DNA from: Macrostomum lignano
Lineage: Eukaryota
DNA length: 64,000 bases
Reading direction: 5' to 3'
Assembly: GCA_002269645.1 (NCBI GenBank)
Contig: NIVC01002623.1
Span: 91,404 to 155,403 of the forward strand
The notes under the pieces were generated by a model that saw nothing but the letters and a program-made list of their open reading frames with translations, ran no database searches and was not told the origin of the DNA. The position numbers were made by a program, and so were the translations under genes. Of this stretch, positions 1-12,360 are shown piece by piece (position 1 is the stretch's first letter; each line of letters starts with the position of its first letter).

Positions 1-92
1 GAATAGTTGAGCTGGATGTAAAATACGGTCGTAAAATCGCCTCGCGCCTGCTGAGATGAATAATAAAAAATCTCTGTGGATCAGATTTGCTA

Positions 93-690
93 TTCCGAAA
101 CTGATTCTGAGTGAATCCGAAACTGATTCTGAGTGATTCCGAAACTGATTCTGAATGACACCGAAACTGATTCTAAGTGATTCCGAAACTGATTCTGAGT
201 GATTCCGAAACTGATTCTGAATGACACCGAAACTGATTCTGGGTGATTCCGAAACTGATTCTGAGGGATTCCGAAACTGATTCTGAGTGATTCCGAAACT
301 GATTCTGAATAATTCCGAAACTGATTCTGGGTGATTCCGAAACTGATTCTGAATAATTCCGAAACTGATTCTGGGTGATTCTGAGTGATTCCGAAACTGA
401 TTCTGGGTGATTTTGAGTGATTCCGAAATTGGTTCTGAGTGATTCTGAAACTGATTCTGAATAATTCCGAAATTGATTCTGGGTGATTCTGACTGATTCC
501 GAAACTGGTTCTGAGTGATTCCGAAACTGATTCTGAATAATTCTGAAACTGATTCTGAGTGATTCCGAAACTGATTCTGAATAATTCCAAAACTGATTCT
601 GAATGACACCGAAACTGGTTCTGGGTGATTCTGAGTGATTTCGAAACTGAATCTGAGCGATTCCAAAACTGATTCTATATTTGAATCACT
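93..690. repeat. Minisatellite, 22 bp unit (TTCCGAAACTGATTCTGAGTGA)
   Basis: CCGAAACTGA recurs at 95, 117 and onward; ORF 90..590 is a translation of the array. Confidence 0.95.
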
Positions 691-1120
691 TCGAAATTAG
701 AAACAGATTGTGAGTAATTTTTAGTGATATCTTGCCAAGCTTTTTAATAAAAAAACTGGGAGAGGCTCACTTCCATGGCTTCTGTGTTCCCTGCCTGAGT
801 TCTTTGGAAAGCCATCAAACTGCAAATAACTTTCACCAGTCCAGTTTCTGGACACTGCGACACCACACGTCAGCACCGACTTTGTCCCGTTGTTAGAACA
901 AGTTCCCAACTTTTTCTGCCATTTAAACAAAGGAGAATTCACAAAAACACCGGGGCTACAGGGCCAAATAAGCGAGCAAGTTGGGACTGCGTACGGCGGC
1001 ACTTCAGGGCCGAGAGTGGGGCCGGCGCCGCGTGCTGGACAAGGCTGGACTCGAGCCTGCTTGTCAGCGGCACTGCCCGACTGTGCTTGGGATGCCGGCT
1101 TTGTGCAGCTGGGTGCTCAA

Positions 1121-1735
1121 CTGAGGATCTGGGAGGCTGGCTCAGCAACTGAGGATCTGGGAGGCTGGCTCAGCAACTGAGGATCTGGGAGGCTGGCTCA
1201 GCAACTGAGGATCTGGGAGGCTGGCTCAGCAACTGAGGATCTGGGAGGCTGGCTCAGCAACTGACACTCTGGGAGGCTGGCTCAGCAACTGAGGATCTGG
1301 AAGGCTGGCTCAGCAACTGAGGATCTGGGAGGCTGGCTCAGCAACTGAGGATCTGGGAGGGCGGCGGTGGCCCAGCAGCTGAGGATCTGGGAGGCTGGCT
1401 CAGCAACTGACACTCTGGGAGGCTGGCTCAGCAACTGACACTCTGGGAGGCTGGCTCAGCAACTGAGGATCTGGGAGGCTGGCTCAGCAACTGAGGATCT
1501 GGGAGGGCGGCGGTGGCCCAGCAGCTGAGTATCTGGGAGGCTGGCTCAGCAATTGAGGATCTGGGAGGCTGGCCCAGCAACTGAGGATCTGGGAGGCTGG
1601 CCCAGCAATTGAGGATCTGGGAGGCTGGTCCAGCAACTGAGGATGTGGGAAGCTGGCCCAGCAACTGAGGATCTGGGAGGCTGGCCCAGCAACTGAGGAT
1701 CTGGGAGGCTGGCTCAGCAACTGCAGCTCCAGCAA
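1121..1735. repeat. Minisatellite, 28 bp unit (GAGGATCTGGGAGGCTGGCTCAGCAACT)
   Basis: Unit starts at 1123, 1151 and onward; same family as 7062-9105. Confidence 0.95.
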
Positions 1736-2659
1736 CTGCTACACACTTGAATCTAGCAGCTTACTAACAGCAGTAAGCCAACGGATTGAGAAAGCAGAAA
1801 CCAAGCCGGAACTCAAAAGAAATTCCCAAGGCAGGAAAAAAGACAAAAAACCCACTGGGACGGCCATAGATTGATTGCAGTGAATTGCGACTCAAAGCAG
1901 CGGGGGTCCGCAAACCTCAGAGATACCCCTGGCGGGGGCGGCCCACCTGGACAGGAAAATAGCAACCAATTAAGATGAGCAATAAGAGAGCTGCGGGGGA
2001 GGGGGAGAGGGTTAGAGCCAGGCCGTTACCAGGCCGTTGCCAAGGCGGTTGCCGACTGCAGCTGCGGTCGCGTAATGATCACATCGCATTGCCGCATTTG
2101 GCAGGCCATGTGGAAGGCCGGGGACTCAAGTGGGCGGGTCGCCAAGGCCGATGGGGGGGGGGGTCCCCCGAGCTCGATTCGATAGATCTGATTGCCAGCC
2201 TATTGTTCTCAACAACAACTGGCCCAGATGATGACATCTGGCCAGTCTGCATCCAGTGGATTGTCAGGCACGAACTCAATCTACAGTTGATTAGAAACCG
2301 TTTACAACAAACTGCTTGGATATTCGATTGCCGGCCCACTTCACAGATTTAATTACGCGAGCGTTGAGGACCCTTGATCGGAATCTGGGTCAGCCGGGAC
2401 TCTCGCAGCTAAATTGATTTACAGAATGCATAAATCATAACTGCAGCGATCTGTCAATCAGTGTGCACTGGGATGTCATTTGTCACACGCGGCTTTAATA
2501 AAGAAAATAAAAAAATCCAGATAAAAAATTCAGTCAAATGCCAAAAATTTTGCTGTGGAACAGAGCCTGTATATCAATTTGATCAACCCGGTCCCATCTG
2601 ACTTTATGATTATTAATTTGCTAGTGAAAGGAAAAAGTGGAACAACTGTCAATTAATTC

Positions 2660-3415
2660 CACTCACTCCCCAGCAATCAAGTCACTCCCCAGCAATCCCA
2701 GTCACTCCCCAGCAATCCCAGTCACTCCCCAGAAATTCCAGTCACTCCCCAGCAATCCCAGTCACTCCCCAGAAATCCCAGTCACTCCCCAGCAATCCCA
2801 GTCACTCCCCAGCAATCCCAGTCACTCCCCAGCAATCCCAGTCACTCCCCAGCAATCCCAGTCACTCCTCAGCATCCCAGTCACTTCTCACCAATCCCAG
2901 TCACTCTCATCAATCCCAGTCACTCCCCAGAAATTTCAGTCACTCCCCAGCAATCCCAGTCACTCCCCAGCAATCCCAGTCACTCCCCAGAAATCCCAGT
3001 CACTCCCCAGCAATCCCAGTCACTCCCCAGCAATCCCAGTCACTCCCCAGCAATCCCAGTCACTCCCCAGCAATCCCAGTCACTCCCAAGCAATCTCAGT
3101 CACTCCCAAGCAATCCCAGTCACTCCCCAGCAATCCCAGTCACTCCCCAGCAATCCCAGTCACTCCCCAGCAATCCCAGTCACTTCCCAGCAATCCCAGT
3201 CACTCCCCAGCAATCCCAGTCACTCCCCAGCAATCCCAGTTACTCCCAAGCAATCCCAGTCACTCCTCAGCAATCCCAGTCACTCCCCAGCAATCCCAGT
3301 CACTCCCCAGCAATCCCAGTCACTCCCCAGCAATCCCAGTCACTCCCCAGCAATCCCAGTCACTCCCAAGCAATCCCAGTCACTCCTCAGCAATCCCACT
3401 CACTCCTCACCAGTC
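2660..3415. repeat. Minisatellite, 20 bp unit (CACTCCCCAGCAATCCCAGT)
   Basis: Direct tandem units; same family as 9445-10335. Confidence 0.95.
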
Positions 3416-3745
3416 AGTCACAGAGTGAATCAAAAAAGAAACTCTACATTATCAGTCTGTTTTATTATGGCTTCAGCGCCTTTTGAAACTACAGAATTTA
3501 TATATACTCGTAGTTTATTAAAAACTCAGTCCCTGGCTCCATACTGTCTGCATTAATGACGTCTATAAATAAGAACAATTTACGAGTAATTAGCGTTCAA
3601 AAATTAATGTACGCCAACTTCTACTATCAGTAGGTAGGTTAAGATATTGCTGTATGATCAGTTTAGTTGAACGCTTTTTACCATAGACAGGCCTAATGAA
3701 GAGATCGATTGCATCACACTCGCGCCTTACTGCATGCCGGCGCAG

Positions 3746-6700
3746 TCACGGCCGCGCATCCGCAGCCAGCAGGACCTGGACGTCTCCGAATATCGCAGCC
3801 TCAGCGTCTTCGTCCCGCAGAGCCGCGAACTCCCGCGCCAGCCGCTCCAGGCGGTCGCTGCCGCCGCCGTCGCCGAGGCCGAGCAGCACCTGCGGAATGT
3901 CGACGTAGAAGTCGCCGAGCGGCGAGCGAAGCCGGTCCTCGGCGCTGCTCACTGCAAAGCGCGCGTTCGGGCGGCCCGCGAGCCGCGGCGCAAGTCGCTC
4001 GGCCAGTCTTGGCTCGGGGTCAACCAAGGTCACGCCGCCGGACGGGCCCACCGTGTCGCAGTAGAAATCGAGCAGCGGGGCGAAGCCGCAGCCCAGCTCG
4101 AGCACCTGCTGGCCTGGCAGCGGGGGAGCGTCAAGAAAGCATCCGGTTTTGTGCTGTTACCCAATGTAGCATCAGGCAGGGACCGGGCTCTGCATGCCGG
4201 TAGCAGGAGATAGATCATGACTCTCACTGTATGACCTCTGGAGTGACCTCTGTCAATCATTATGACTCTCACGGGATGACCTCTGGAGTGACCTCTGTCA
4301 ATCATTATGACTCTCACGGGATGACCTCTGGAGTGACATCTGTCAATCATCATGACTCTCACTGTATGACCTCTGAAGTGATCTCTGTCAATCATCATGA
4401 CTCTCACTGTATGACCTCTGGAGTGACCTCTGTCAATCATCATGACTCTCACTGTATGACCTCTGGAGTGATCTCTGTCAATCATCATGACTCTCACTGT
4501 ATGACCTCTGGAGTGACCTCTGTCAATCATCATGACTCTCACTGTATGACCTCTGGAGTGATCTCTGTCAATCATCATGACTCTCACGGGATGACCTCTG
4601 GAGTGACCTCTGTCAATCATCATGACTCTCACTGTATGACCTCTGGAGTGATCTCTGTCAATCATCATGACTCTCACGGGATGACCTCTGGAGTGACCTC
4701 TGTCAATCATCATGACTCTCACTGTATGACCTCTGGAGTGATCTCTGTCAATCATCATGACTCTCACGGGATGACCTCTGGAGTGATCTCTGTCAATCAT
4801 CATGACTCTCACGGGATGACCTCCGGAGTGACCTCTGGCAATCATCATGACTCTCACGGGATGACCTCCGGAGTGACCTCTGTCAATCATTATGACTCAC
4901 GGGATGACCTCTGGAGTGACCTCTGTCAATCATCATGACTCTCACGGGATGACCTCTGGAGTGACCTCTGTCAATCATCATGACTCTCACGGGATGACCT
5001 CTGGAGTGACCTCTGTCAATCATCATGACTCTCACTGTATGACCTCCGGAGTGACCTCTGTCAATCATCATGACTCTCACGGGATGACCTCCGGAGTGAC
5101 CTCTGTCAATCATTATGACTCACGGGATGACCTCTGGAGTGACCTCTGTCAATCATCATGACTCTCACGGGATGACCTCCGGAGTGACCTCTGGCAATCG
5201 TCATGACTCTCACGGGATGACCTCCGGAGTGACCTCTGTCAATCATTATGACTCACGGGATGACCTCTGGAGTGACCTCTGTCAATCATCATGACTCTCA
5301 CGGGATGACCTCTGGAGTGATCTCTGTCAATCATCATGACTCTCACGGGATAACCTCTGGAGTGATCTCTGTCAATCATCATGACTCTCACTGTATGACC
5401 TCTGGAGTGATCTCTGTCAATCATCATGACTCTCACTGTATGACCTCTGGAGTGACCTCTGTCAATCATCATGACTCTCACTGTATGACCTCTGGAGTGA
5501 TCTCTGTCAATCATCATGACTCTCACTGTATGACCTCTGGAGTGACCTCTGTCAATCATCATGACTCTCACTGTATGACCTCTGGAGTGATCTCTGTCAA
5601 TCATCATGACTCTCACGGGATGACCTCTGGAGTGACCTCTGTCAATCATCATGACTCTCACGGGATGACCTCTGGAGTGACCTCTGTCAATCATCATGAC
5701 TCTCACGGGATGACCTCTGGAGTGACCTCTGTCAATCATCATGACTCTCACTGTATGACCTCTGGAGTGATCTCTGTCAATCATCATGACTCTCACTGTA
5801 TGACCTCTGGAGTGACCTCTGTCAATCATCATGACTCTCACTGTATGACCTCTGGAGTGATCTCTGTCAATCATCATGACTCTCACTGTATGACCTCTGG
5901 AGTGACCTCTGTCAATCATCATGACTCTCACTGTATGACCTCTGGAGTGATCTCTGTCAATCATCATGACTCTCACGGGATGACCTCTGGAGTGACCTCT
6001 GTCAATCATCATGACTCTCACTGTATGACCTCTGGAGTGATCTCTGTCAATCATCATGACTCTCACGGGATGACCTCCGGAGTGACCTCTGGCAATCATC
6101 ATGACTCTCACGGGATGACCTCTGGAGTGACCTCTGTCAATCATTATGACTCACGGGATGACCTCTGGAGTGACCTCTGTCAATCATCATGACTCTCACT
6201 GTATGACCTCTGGAGTGACCTCTGGCAATCATCATGACTCTCACGGGATGACCTCCGGAGTGACCTCTGTCAATCATTATGACTCACGGGATGACCTCTG
6301 GAGTGACCTCTGTCAATCATCATGACTCTCACGGGATGACCTCTGGAGTGACCTCTGTCAATCATCATGACTCTCACGGGATGACCTCTGGAGTGACCTC
6401 TGTCAATCATCATGACTCTCACGGGATGACCTCCGGAGTGACCTCTGTCAATCATCATGACTCTCACGGGATGACCTCCGGAGTGACCTCTGTCAATCAT
6501 CATGACTTTCACGGGATGACCTCCGGAGTGATCTCTGTCAATCATCATGACTCTCACTGTATGACCTCCGGAGTGACCTCTGTCAATCATCATGACTCTC
6601 ACGGGATGACCTCCGGAGTGACCTCTGGCAATCATCATGACTTTCACGGGATGACCTCCGGAGTGATCTCTGTCAATCATCGTGACCATTTGCAGAATGG

Positions 6701-6924
6701 GCAGCTCCCAAGATCAAGTAAATGAAAGCAATCTGAGCAGAGGCTGGCACCGGCCCCTTCACTCCCACGCACCTTCTGCTAGACCGGCTTTCTTCAGAAA
6801 TTTGATCATCCTATCCTGCTTCAGCTCGAATTCGCGCCTCAGGATGTCCTCCATGGCAAAGAAGTCGTGGTGGTGAGGGTCGCTATGAGCCTTGATGCCT
6901 CGGCTGCTGGTGGCTGTGCGACAT
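3746..6924 (-). pseudogene. SAM-dependent methyltransferase copy 1, internally deleted mosaic. Exons 6924..6773 and 4113..3746
   Basis: Exon 1 encodes ...HHHDFFAMEDILRREFELKQDRMIKFLKKAGLAEG with donor G|GTGCG; exon 2 after CCAG| encodes QQVLELGCGFAP (motif I). Versus copy 2 it lacks 108 codons in frame (SAED joined to RLRSP). The ATG at 6924 (MSHSHQQ) is out of frame by one base; an in-frame ATG exists at 6854. Confidence 0.8.
4216..6680. repeat. Intronic minisatellite, 45 bp unit (ATGACCTCTGGAGTGACCTCTGTCAATCATCATGACTCTCACTGT)
   Basis: ATGAC phase at 4321 and 4366; fills the intron of methyltransferase copy 1. Confidence 0.95.
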
Positions 6925-7061
6925 TTGCTGCTCAAGCTGGAGCATTTTTTTGCTGGTGCAACTTAAACTCTTGCAGAAAAATTAAAGCAGCCTTGAAAAT
7001 TCGAACTTCAACTCCAATTTCTAGATTACTGGCGCTAGATTAGCAATCCATTTCATGTGCC

Positions 7062-9105
7062 AGCCTGGGAATCTGGGAGGGCGGCAGCGGTGGCCCAGTA
7101 ACTGAGGATCTGGGAGGCTGGCCCAGCAACTGAGGATCTGGGAGGCTGGCCCAGCAATTGAGGATCTGGGAGGCTGGCCCAGCAACTGAGGATCTGGGAG
7201 GCTGGCCCAGCAACTGACACTCTGGGAGGCTGGCCCAGCAACTAAGGATCTGGGAGGCTGGCTTAGCAACTGAGGATCTGGGAGGCTGGCCCAGAAACTG
7301 AGGATTTGGGAGGCTGGACCAGCAATTGAGGATCTGGGAGGCTGGCCCAGCAACTGACACTCTGGGAGGCTGGCCCAGCAACTGACACTCTGGGAGGCTG
7401 GCCCAGCAACTAAGGATCTGGGAGGCTGGCCCAGAAATTAAGGATCTGGGAGGCTGGCCCAGCAATTGAGGATCTGGGAGGCTGGCCCAGCAACTGAGGA
7501 TCTGGGAGGCTGGCCCAGCAACTGACACTCTGGGAGGCTGGCCCAGCAACTAAGGATCTGGGAGGCTGGCTTAGCAACTGAGGATCTGGGAGGCTGGCCC
7601 AGAAACTGAGGATTTGGGAGGCTGGCCCAGCAATTGAGGATCAGGGAGGCTGGCCCAGCAACTCAGGATCTGGAAGGCTGGCCCAGCAACTGAGGATCTG
7701 GGAGGCTGGCCCAGCAACTGAGGATCAGGGAGGCTGGCCCAGCAACTGAGGATCAGGGAGGCTGGCCCAGCAACTGAGGATCTGGAAGGCTGGCCCAGCA
7801 ACTGAGGATTTGGGAGGCTGGCCCAGAAACTGAGGATCAGGGAGGCTGGCCCAGCAACTGAGGATCTGGGAGGCTGGCCCAGCAATTCAGGATCTGGGAG
7901 GCTGGCCCAGCAACTGAGGATCTGGAAGGCTGGCCCAGCAACTGACACTCTGGGAGGCTGGCCCAGCAACTGAGGATCAGGGAGGCTGGCCCAGCAACTG
8001 AGGATCAGGGAGGCTGGCCCAGCAATTGAGGATCAGGGAGGCTGGCCCAGCAACTGAGGATCAGGGAGGCTGGCCCAGCAACTGAGGATCAGGGAGGCTG
8101 GCCCAGCAATTGAGGATCTGGGAGGCTGGCCCAACAACTGAGGATCAGGGAGGCTGGCCCAGCAACCGAGGATCAGGGAGGCTGGCCCAGCAATTGAGGA
8201 TCTGGGAGGCTGGCCCAACAACTGAGGATCAGGGAGGCTGGCCCAGCAACTGAGGATCAGGGAGGCTGGCCCAGCAATTCAGGATCTGGGAGGCTGGCCC
8301 AGCAACTGAGGATCTGGAAGGCTGGCCCAGCAACTGAGGATCTGGGAGGCTGGCCCAGCAACTGAGGATCTGGGAGGCTGGCCCAGCAACTGAGGATCAG
8401 GGAGGCTGGCCCAGCAACTGAGGATCAGGGAGGCTGGCCCAGCAACTGAGGATCTGGGAGGCTGGCCCAGCAACTGAGGATCTGGGAGGCTGGCCCAGAA
8501 ACTGAGGATCAGGGAGGCTGGCCCAGCAACTGAGGATCTGGGAGGCTGGCCCAGCAATTCAGGATCTGGGAGGCTGGCCCAGCAACTGAGGATCTGGAAG
8601 GCTGGCCCAGCAACTGACACTCTGGGAGGCTGGCCCAGCAACTGAGGATCAGGGAGGCTGGCCCAGCAACTGAGGATCAGGGAGGCTGGCCCAGCAATTG
8701 AGGATCAGGGAGGCTGGCCCAGCAACTGAGGATCAGGGAGGCTGGCCCAGCAACTGAGGATCAGGGAGGCTGGCCCAGCAATTGAGGATCTGGGAGGCTG
8801 GCCCAACAACTGAGGATCAGGGAGGCTGGCCCAGCAACTGAGGATCAGGGAGGCTGGCCCAGCAATTGAGGATCTGGGAGGCTGGCCCAACAACTGAGGA
8901 TCAGGGAGGCTGGCCCAGCAACTGAGGATCAGGGAGGCTGGCCCAGCAATTCAGGATCTGGGAGGCTGGCCCAGCAATTGAGGATCTGGGAGGCTGGCCC
9001 AGCAACTGGGGATCAGGGAGGCTGGCCCAGCAACTAAGGATCTGGGAGGCTGGCCCAGCAATTGAGGATCTGGGAGGCTGGCCCAGCAATTGAGGATCTG
9101 GGAGG
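7062..9105. repeat. Minisatellite, 28 bp unit (GAGGATCTGGGAGGCTGGCCCAGCAACT)
   Basis: About 70 tandem units with higher-order variant patterns. Confidence 0.95.
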
Positions 9106-9444
9106 TGGCGGGGGTCGGGCTAACGATTTCTCTAAACTGAAAAAGCATAAATCAGAAGCACAGAGCCCATCTGTCAATCAGTAAGCACTGGGGTGTCATT
9201 AGTGACAATCGGGTATTATATAAATAACGAAACTCAAAGTGTCAACAAAGCTTTTATTTTATTCGATGAACTGAATTTCCAGGCAAAAAACGCAATCAGA
9301 CTCTCTCAGACTCTCTGGCATGAGCTGTCATTCCTGCTTTGGAAGAGAATAAGAAAATTGAAAGCAAACCTCTGAATATTTAACAATAATCTCAGTACCT
9401 TTTTGCCAGTTGTCACTCAAACTACTTTTAATAATTTGCCATCA

Positions 9445-10335
9445 GTCCCAGTCACTCCTCATCAATCCCAGTCACTCCTCACCAATCCCAGTCACTCCTC
9501 ACCAATCCCAGTCACTCCTCACCAATCCCAGTCACTCCTCACCAATCCCAGTCACTCCTCACCAATCCCAGTCACTCCTCACCAATCCCAGTCACTCCTC
9601 ACCAATCCCAGTAACTCCTCACCAATCCTAGTCACTCTCATCAATCCTAGTCACTCTCATCAATCCCAGTCACTCCCCAGCAATCCCAGTCACTCCTCAC
9701 CAATCCCAGTCACTCCTCACCAATCCCAGTCACTCCTCACCAATCCCAGTCACTCCTCACCAATCCCAGTCACTCCTCACCAATCCCAGTCACTCTCATC
9801 AATCCCAGTCACTCCTCACCAATCCTAGTCACTCTCATCAATCCCTGTCACTCCTCACCAATCCCTGTCACTCCTCACTAATCCCTGTCACTCCTCACTA
9901 ATCCCTGTCACTCCTTAGCAATCCCTGTCACTCCTCACCAATCCCAGTCACTCCTCACCAATCCTAGTCACTCTTATCAATCCCAGTCACTCCCCAGCAA
10001 TCCCAGTCACTCCTCAGCAATCCCAGTCACTCCCCAGCAATCCCAGTCACTCTTCAGCAATCCCAGTCACTCCTTAGCAATCCCAGTCACTCCCCAGCAA
10101 TCCCTGCCACTCTCCAGCAATCCCAGTCACTCCCCAGCAATCCCAGTCACTCCCCAGCAATCCCAGTCACTCCTCAGCAATCCCAGTCACTCTTCAGCAA
10201 TCCCAGTCACTCCTCAGCAATCCCAGTCACTCTCCAGCAATCCCAGTCACTCTTCAGCAATCCCAGTCACTCCTTAGCAATCCCAGTCACTCCCCAGCAA
10301 TCCCTGCCACTCTCCAGCAATCCCAGTCACTCCCC
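9445..10335. repeat. Minisatellite, 20 bp unit (CACTCCTCACCAATCCCAGT / CACTCCCCAGCAATCCCAGT)
   Basis: Tandem units running up to the stop codon of methyltransferase copy 2. Confidence 0.95.
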
Positions 10336-10343
10336 CGCTGAAG

Positions 10344-12049
10344 TCACGGACGCTCGGCCGCCACCAGGAGGTTAATGTTGGAGAACAGCTCGGCTTCGGG
10401 GTCTCCCTGCTGCAGCGTCGGCAGCCCCTGGCCCAGCAGCTCGGCGACCTCCTCCTTGGTGATGCGGCCGAGGCTGGCCAGCTCATGCAGCGAGTGCTTC
10501 ACGTACGCGTCGACGTAGAAGTCGCCGAGCGGCGAGCGAAGCCGGTCGTGCAGGACGAAGGCGTCCCGAAGGCGCACCTCGAAGCCCGCGGCGGCGAGCG
10601 CGGAGCAGCAGCGGGCGGTGACGGGCGAGGCGGCGGGCCGCAGGAGGTCGGCGAGACGCGCCTGGACGGCCAGGGCGGCCGGGTTGGCGGCCTCGGAGGC
10701 GAACAGCTGCAGGGTGTCGTGAATGAAGTCCAGGATCACCAGGCGGCCGCCAGGACGCAGAGCCGAGCGGACGGCGGCCAGGGCGGTGGCGGTGTCGGCC
10801 AGGTGGTGGTACACGTTGGCCATCACGGCCAGGTCGAAGGCGCCTCCTGCCGGCAGCACCGACGCCAGGTCCTCGGCGCTGCTCACTGCAAAGCGCGCGT
10901 TCGGGCGGCTCGCGAGCCGCGGCGCAAGGCGCTCGGCCAGTCTTGGCTCCGGGTCAACCAAGGTCACGCCGCCGGACGGGCCCACCGTGTCGCAGTAGAA
11001 CTCGAGCAGCGGGGCGAAGCCGCAGCCCAGCTCGAGCACCTGCTGGCCTGGAAGCGGAATGAAGGTGAAGGGTGAGAATAGTAGGGGCTGTATCTTAGTG
11101 GTCCAGCGGCGCTCGTAGATGCCAGCGGCCCAGGCTCGATTCCAAGTGCAGTCAACATTAATTTGGGGCTAAATTGCTTCGCACCTGCTCAGGGGAGTTG
11201 GCGGAATGGGCAGCGATAACGTGCGCCATGGTGCACACAGCCCCCTGACCCCTAATAGAAAGGTGAGAATAGGTTGTGTGTCCCGATTGGGTGAGCACAG
11301 CATGCCTGTGCAGCATACAGGGGGACCCAAAGGCACTTTCCAATTCCATCTGTCAACGGAAAACCCGCAGTTAGGAATGCCCATTCTGCCTCTCCGGATC
11401 TCAGGCCCGACAATTTCTATCAACTCGACCGCGACCTGAGGGCGGACAAAGCAACCATCCACCTTCTGGACTCTTCGTAGGGGGGCCGCGCTGCGGACAC
11501 CAGCACCACCGAAGCTCCCTGTGTGACAGCGCAGCACCAGCTGGATGGTCAGGTGCACCAGGTTATCCTGGATGGATCAAGTGTGCCAGGTGTGTCCTGG
11601 ATGGGTCAGGTGTACCAGGTGTGTCCTGGATGGGTCAAGTGTGCCAGGGGTGCCCTGGATGGGTCAGGTGTACCAGGTGTGTCCTGGATGGGTCAGGTGT
11701 ACCAGGTGTGTCCTGGATGGGTCAGGTGTACCAGGTGTGTCCTGGATGGGTCAGGTGTACCAGGTGTGTCCTGGATGGGTCAGGTGTACCAGGTGTGTCC
11801 TGGATGGGTCAGGTGTACCAGGTGTGTCCTGGATGGGTCAGGTGTGCCAGGTGTGTCCTAGATAGGTCAGGTGTGTCCTGGATGGGTCAGGTGTGTAGAA
11901 ATCTGCATTTCCTTTTCACTCTCACCTTCTGCTAGACCGGCTTTCTTAAGAAAGTCAGTCAGCCTGTCCTTCTTCAGTTCAAAGTCGCGCTTTAAGATGT
12001 CTTCGAAGTCAAAAAAGTCGTGTTGATGCTGCTGGTGACTCTGCGACAT
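10344..12049 (-). CDS. Class I SAM-dependent methyltransferase (UbiE / Methyltransf_11-31-like), 275 aa. Exons 12049..11926 and 11047..10344
   Basis: Phase-1 GT-AG intron (GAAG|GTGAG ... TTCCAG|GC) gives LKKAGLAEGQQVLELGCGFAP (motif I), then VTLVDPEP, FDLAVMANVYHHL and LRPGGRLVILD. 124+704=828 nt, open frame. Confidence 0.9.
11082..11261 (+). mobile_element. tRNA-derived SINE-like insertion in methyltransferase intron
   Basis: A-box-like TAGTGG and B-box-like GGCTCGATTCC; flanked by 11 bp direct repeat GGTGAGAATAG at 11071-11081 and 11262-11272. Confidence 0.55.
11545..11895. repeat. Intronic minisatellite, 29 bp unit (GGATGGGTCAGGTGTACCAGGTGTGTCCT)
   Basis: Tandem units next to the exon 1 donor of copy 2. 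Confidence 0.93.
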
Positions 12050-12360
12050 TGCTCAAAAAGCATAAGCAGGTTTTTGAAAGCGCAATTTCTAATTCATAAC
12101 CGCCAATATGAGCAGCCTTGAAGCTATACTCGGGTTTCTAAAGTAGCTAATACTTGGGCTAGGTTGGCAATTCATACGATTGAATTAGTCAAGGGTTAGG
12201 GGCTAGACTGGGTGTCGCCGAACAAAACCAAGTAATCCCGCTCAGAAAATTGACATTGACAACAGGCACTTAAGAGCCAGAGTGGAATTATAAATTGCTG
12301 TAGAAAACATTCAAGCATTTTTTATGGCTCTATGGAAAAGAACGTTGCGATTTATCCGCA

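Noticed and set aside
720-1110. ORFs 721..1002 and 890..1180
   Set aside because: No recognisable domain or convincing splice partners; may be unique spacer or an exon of a gene outside the window.
1850-2400. GC-rich island with ORFs 1975..2352 and 2079..2339
   Set aside because: No motif recognised; possibly a decayed TE fragment, but unsupported.
4030-6725. Long His/Ser/Met-rich ORFs on both strands (up to 314 aa)
   Set aside because: Translations of the 45 bp intronic array; open only because the unit is a stop-free multiple of three.
7062-9105. CRISPR-like regular 28-33 bp repeats (here and elsewhere)
   Set aside because: Units are head-to-tail with no unique spacers, no cas genes are present, and the context is eukaryotic.
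11082-11150. tRNA gene
   Set aside because: A/B-box-like motifs are present but I could not fold a complete cloverleaf; the 3' extension and flanking direct repeat favour a SINE.
10344-12049. Bacterial contamination as the source of the methyltransferase
   Set aside because: It has a GT-AG intron containing a SINE and a host-type minisatellite and is contiguous with RBBP6.
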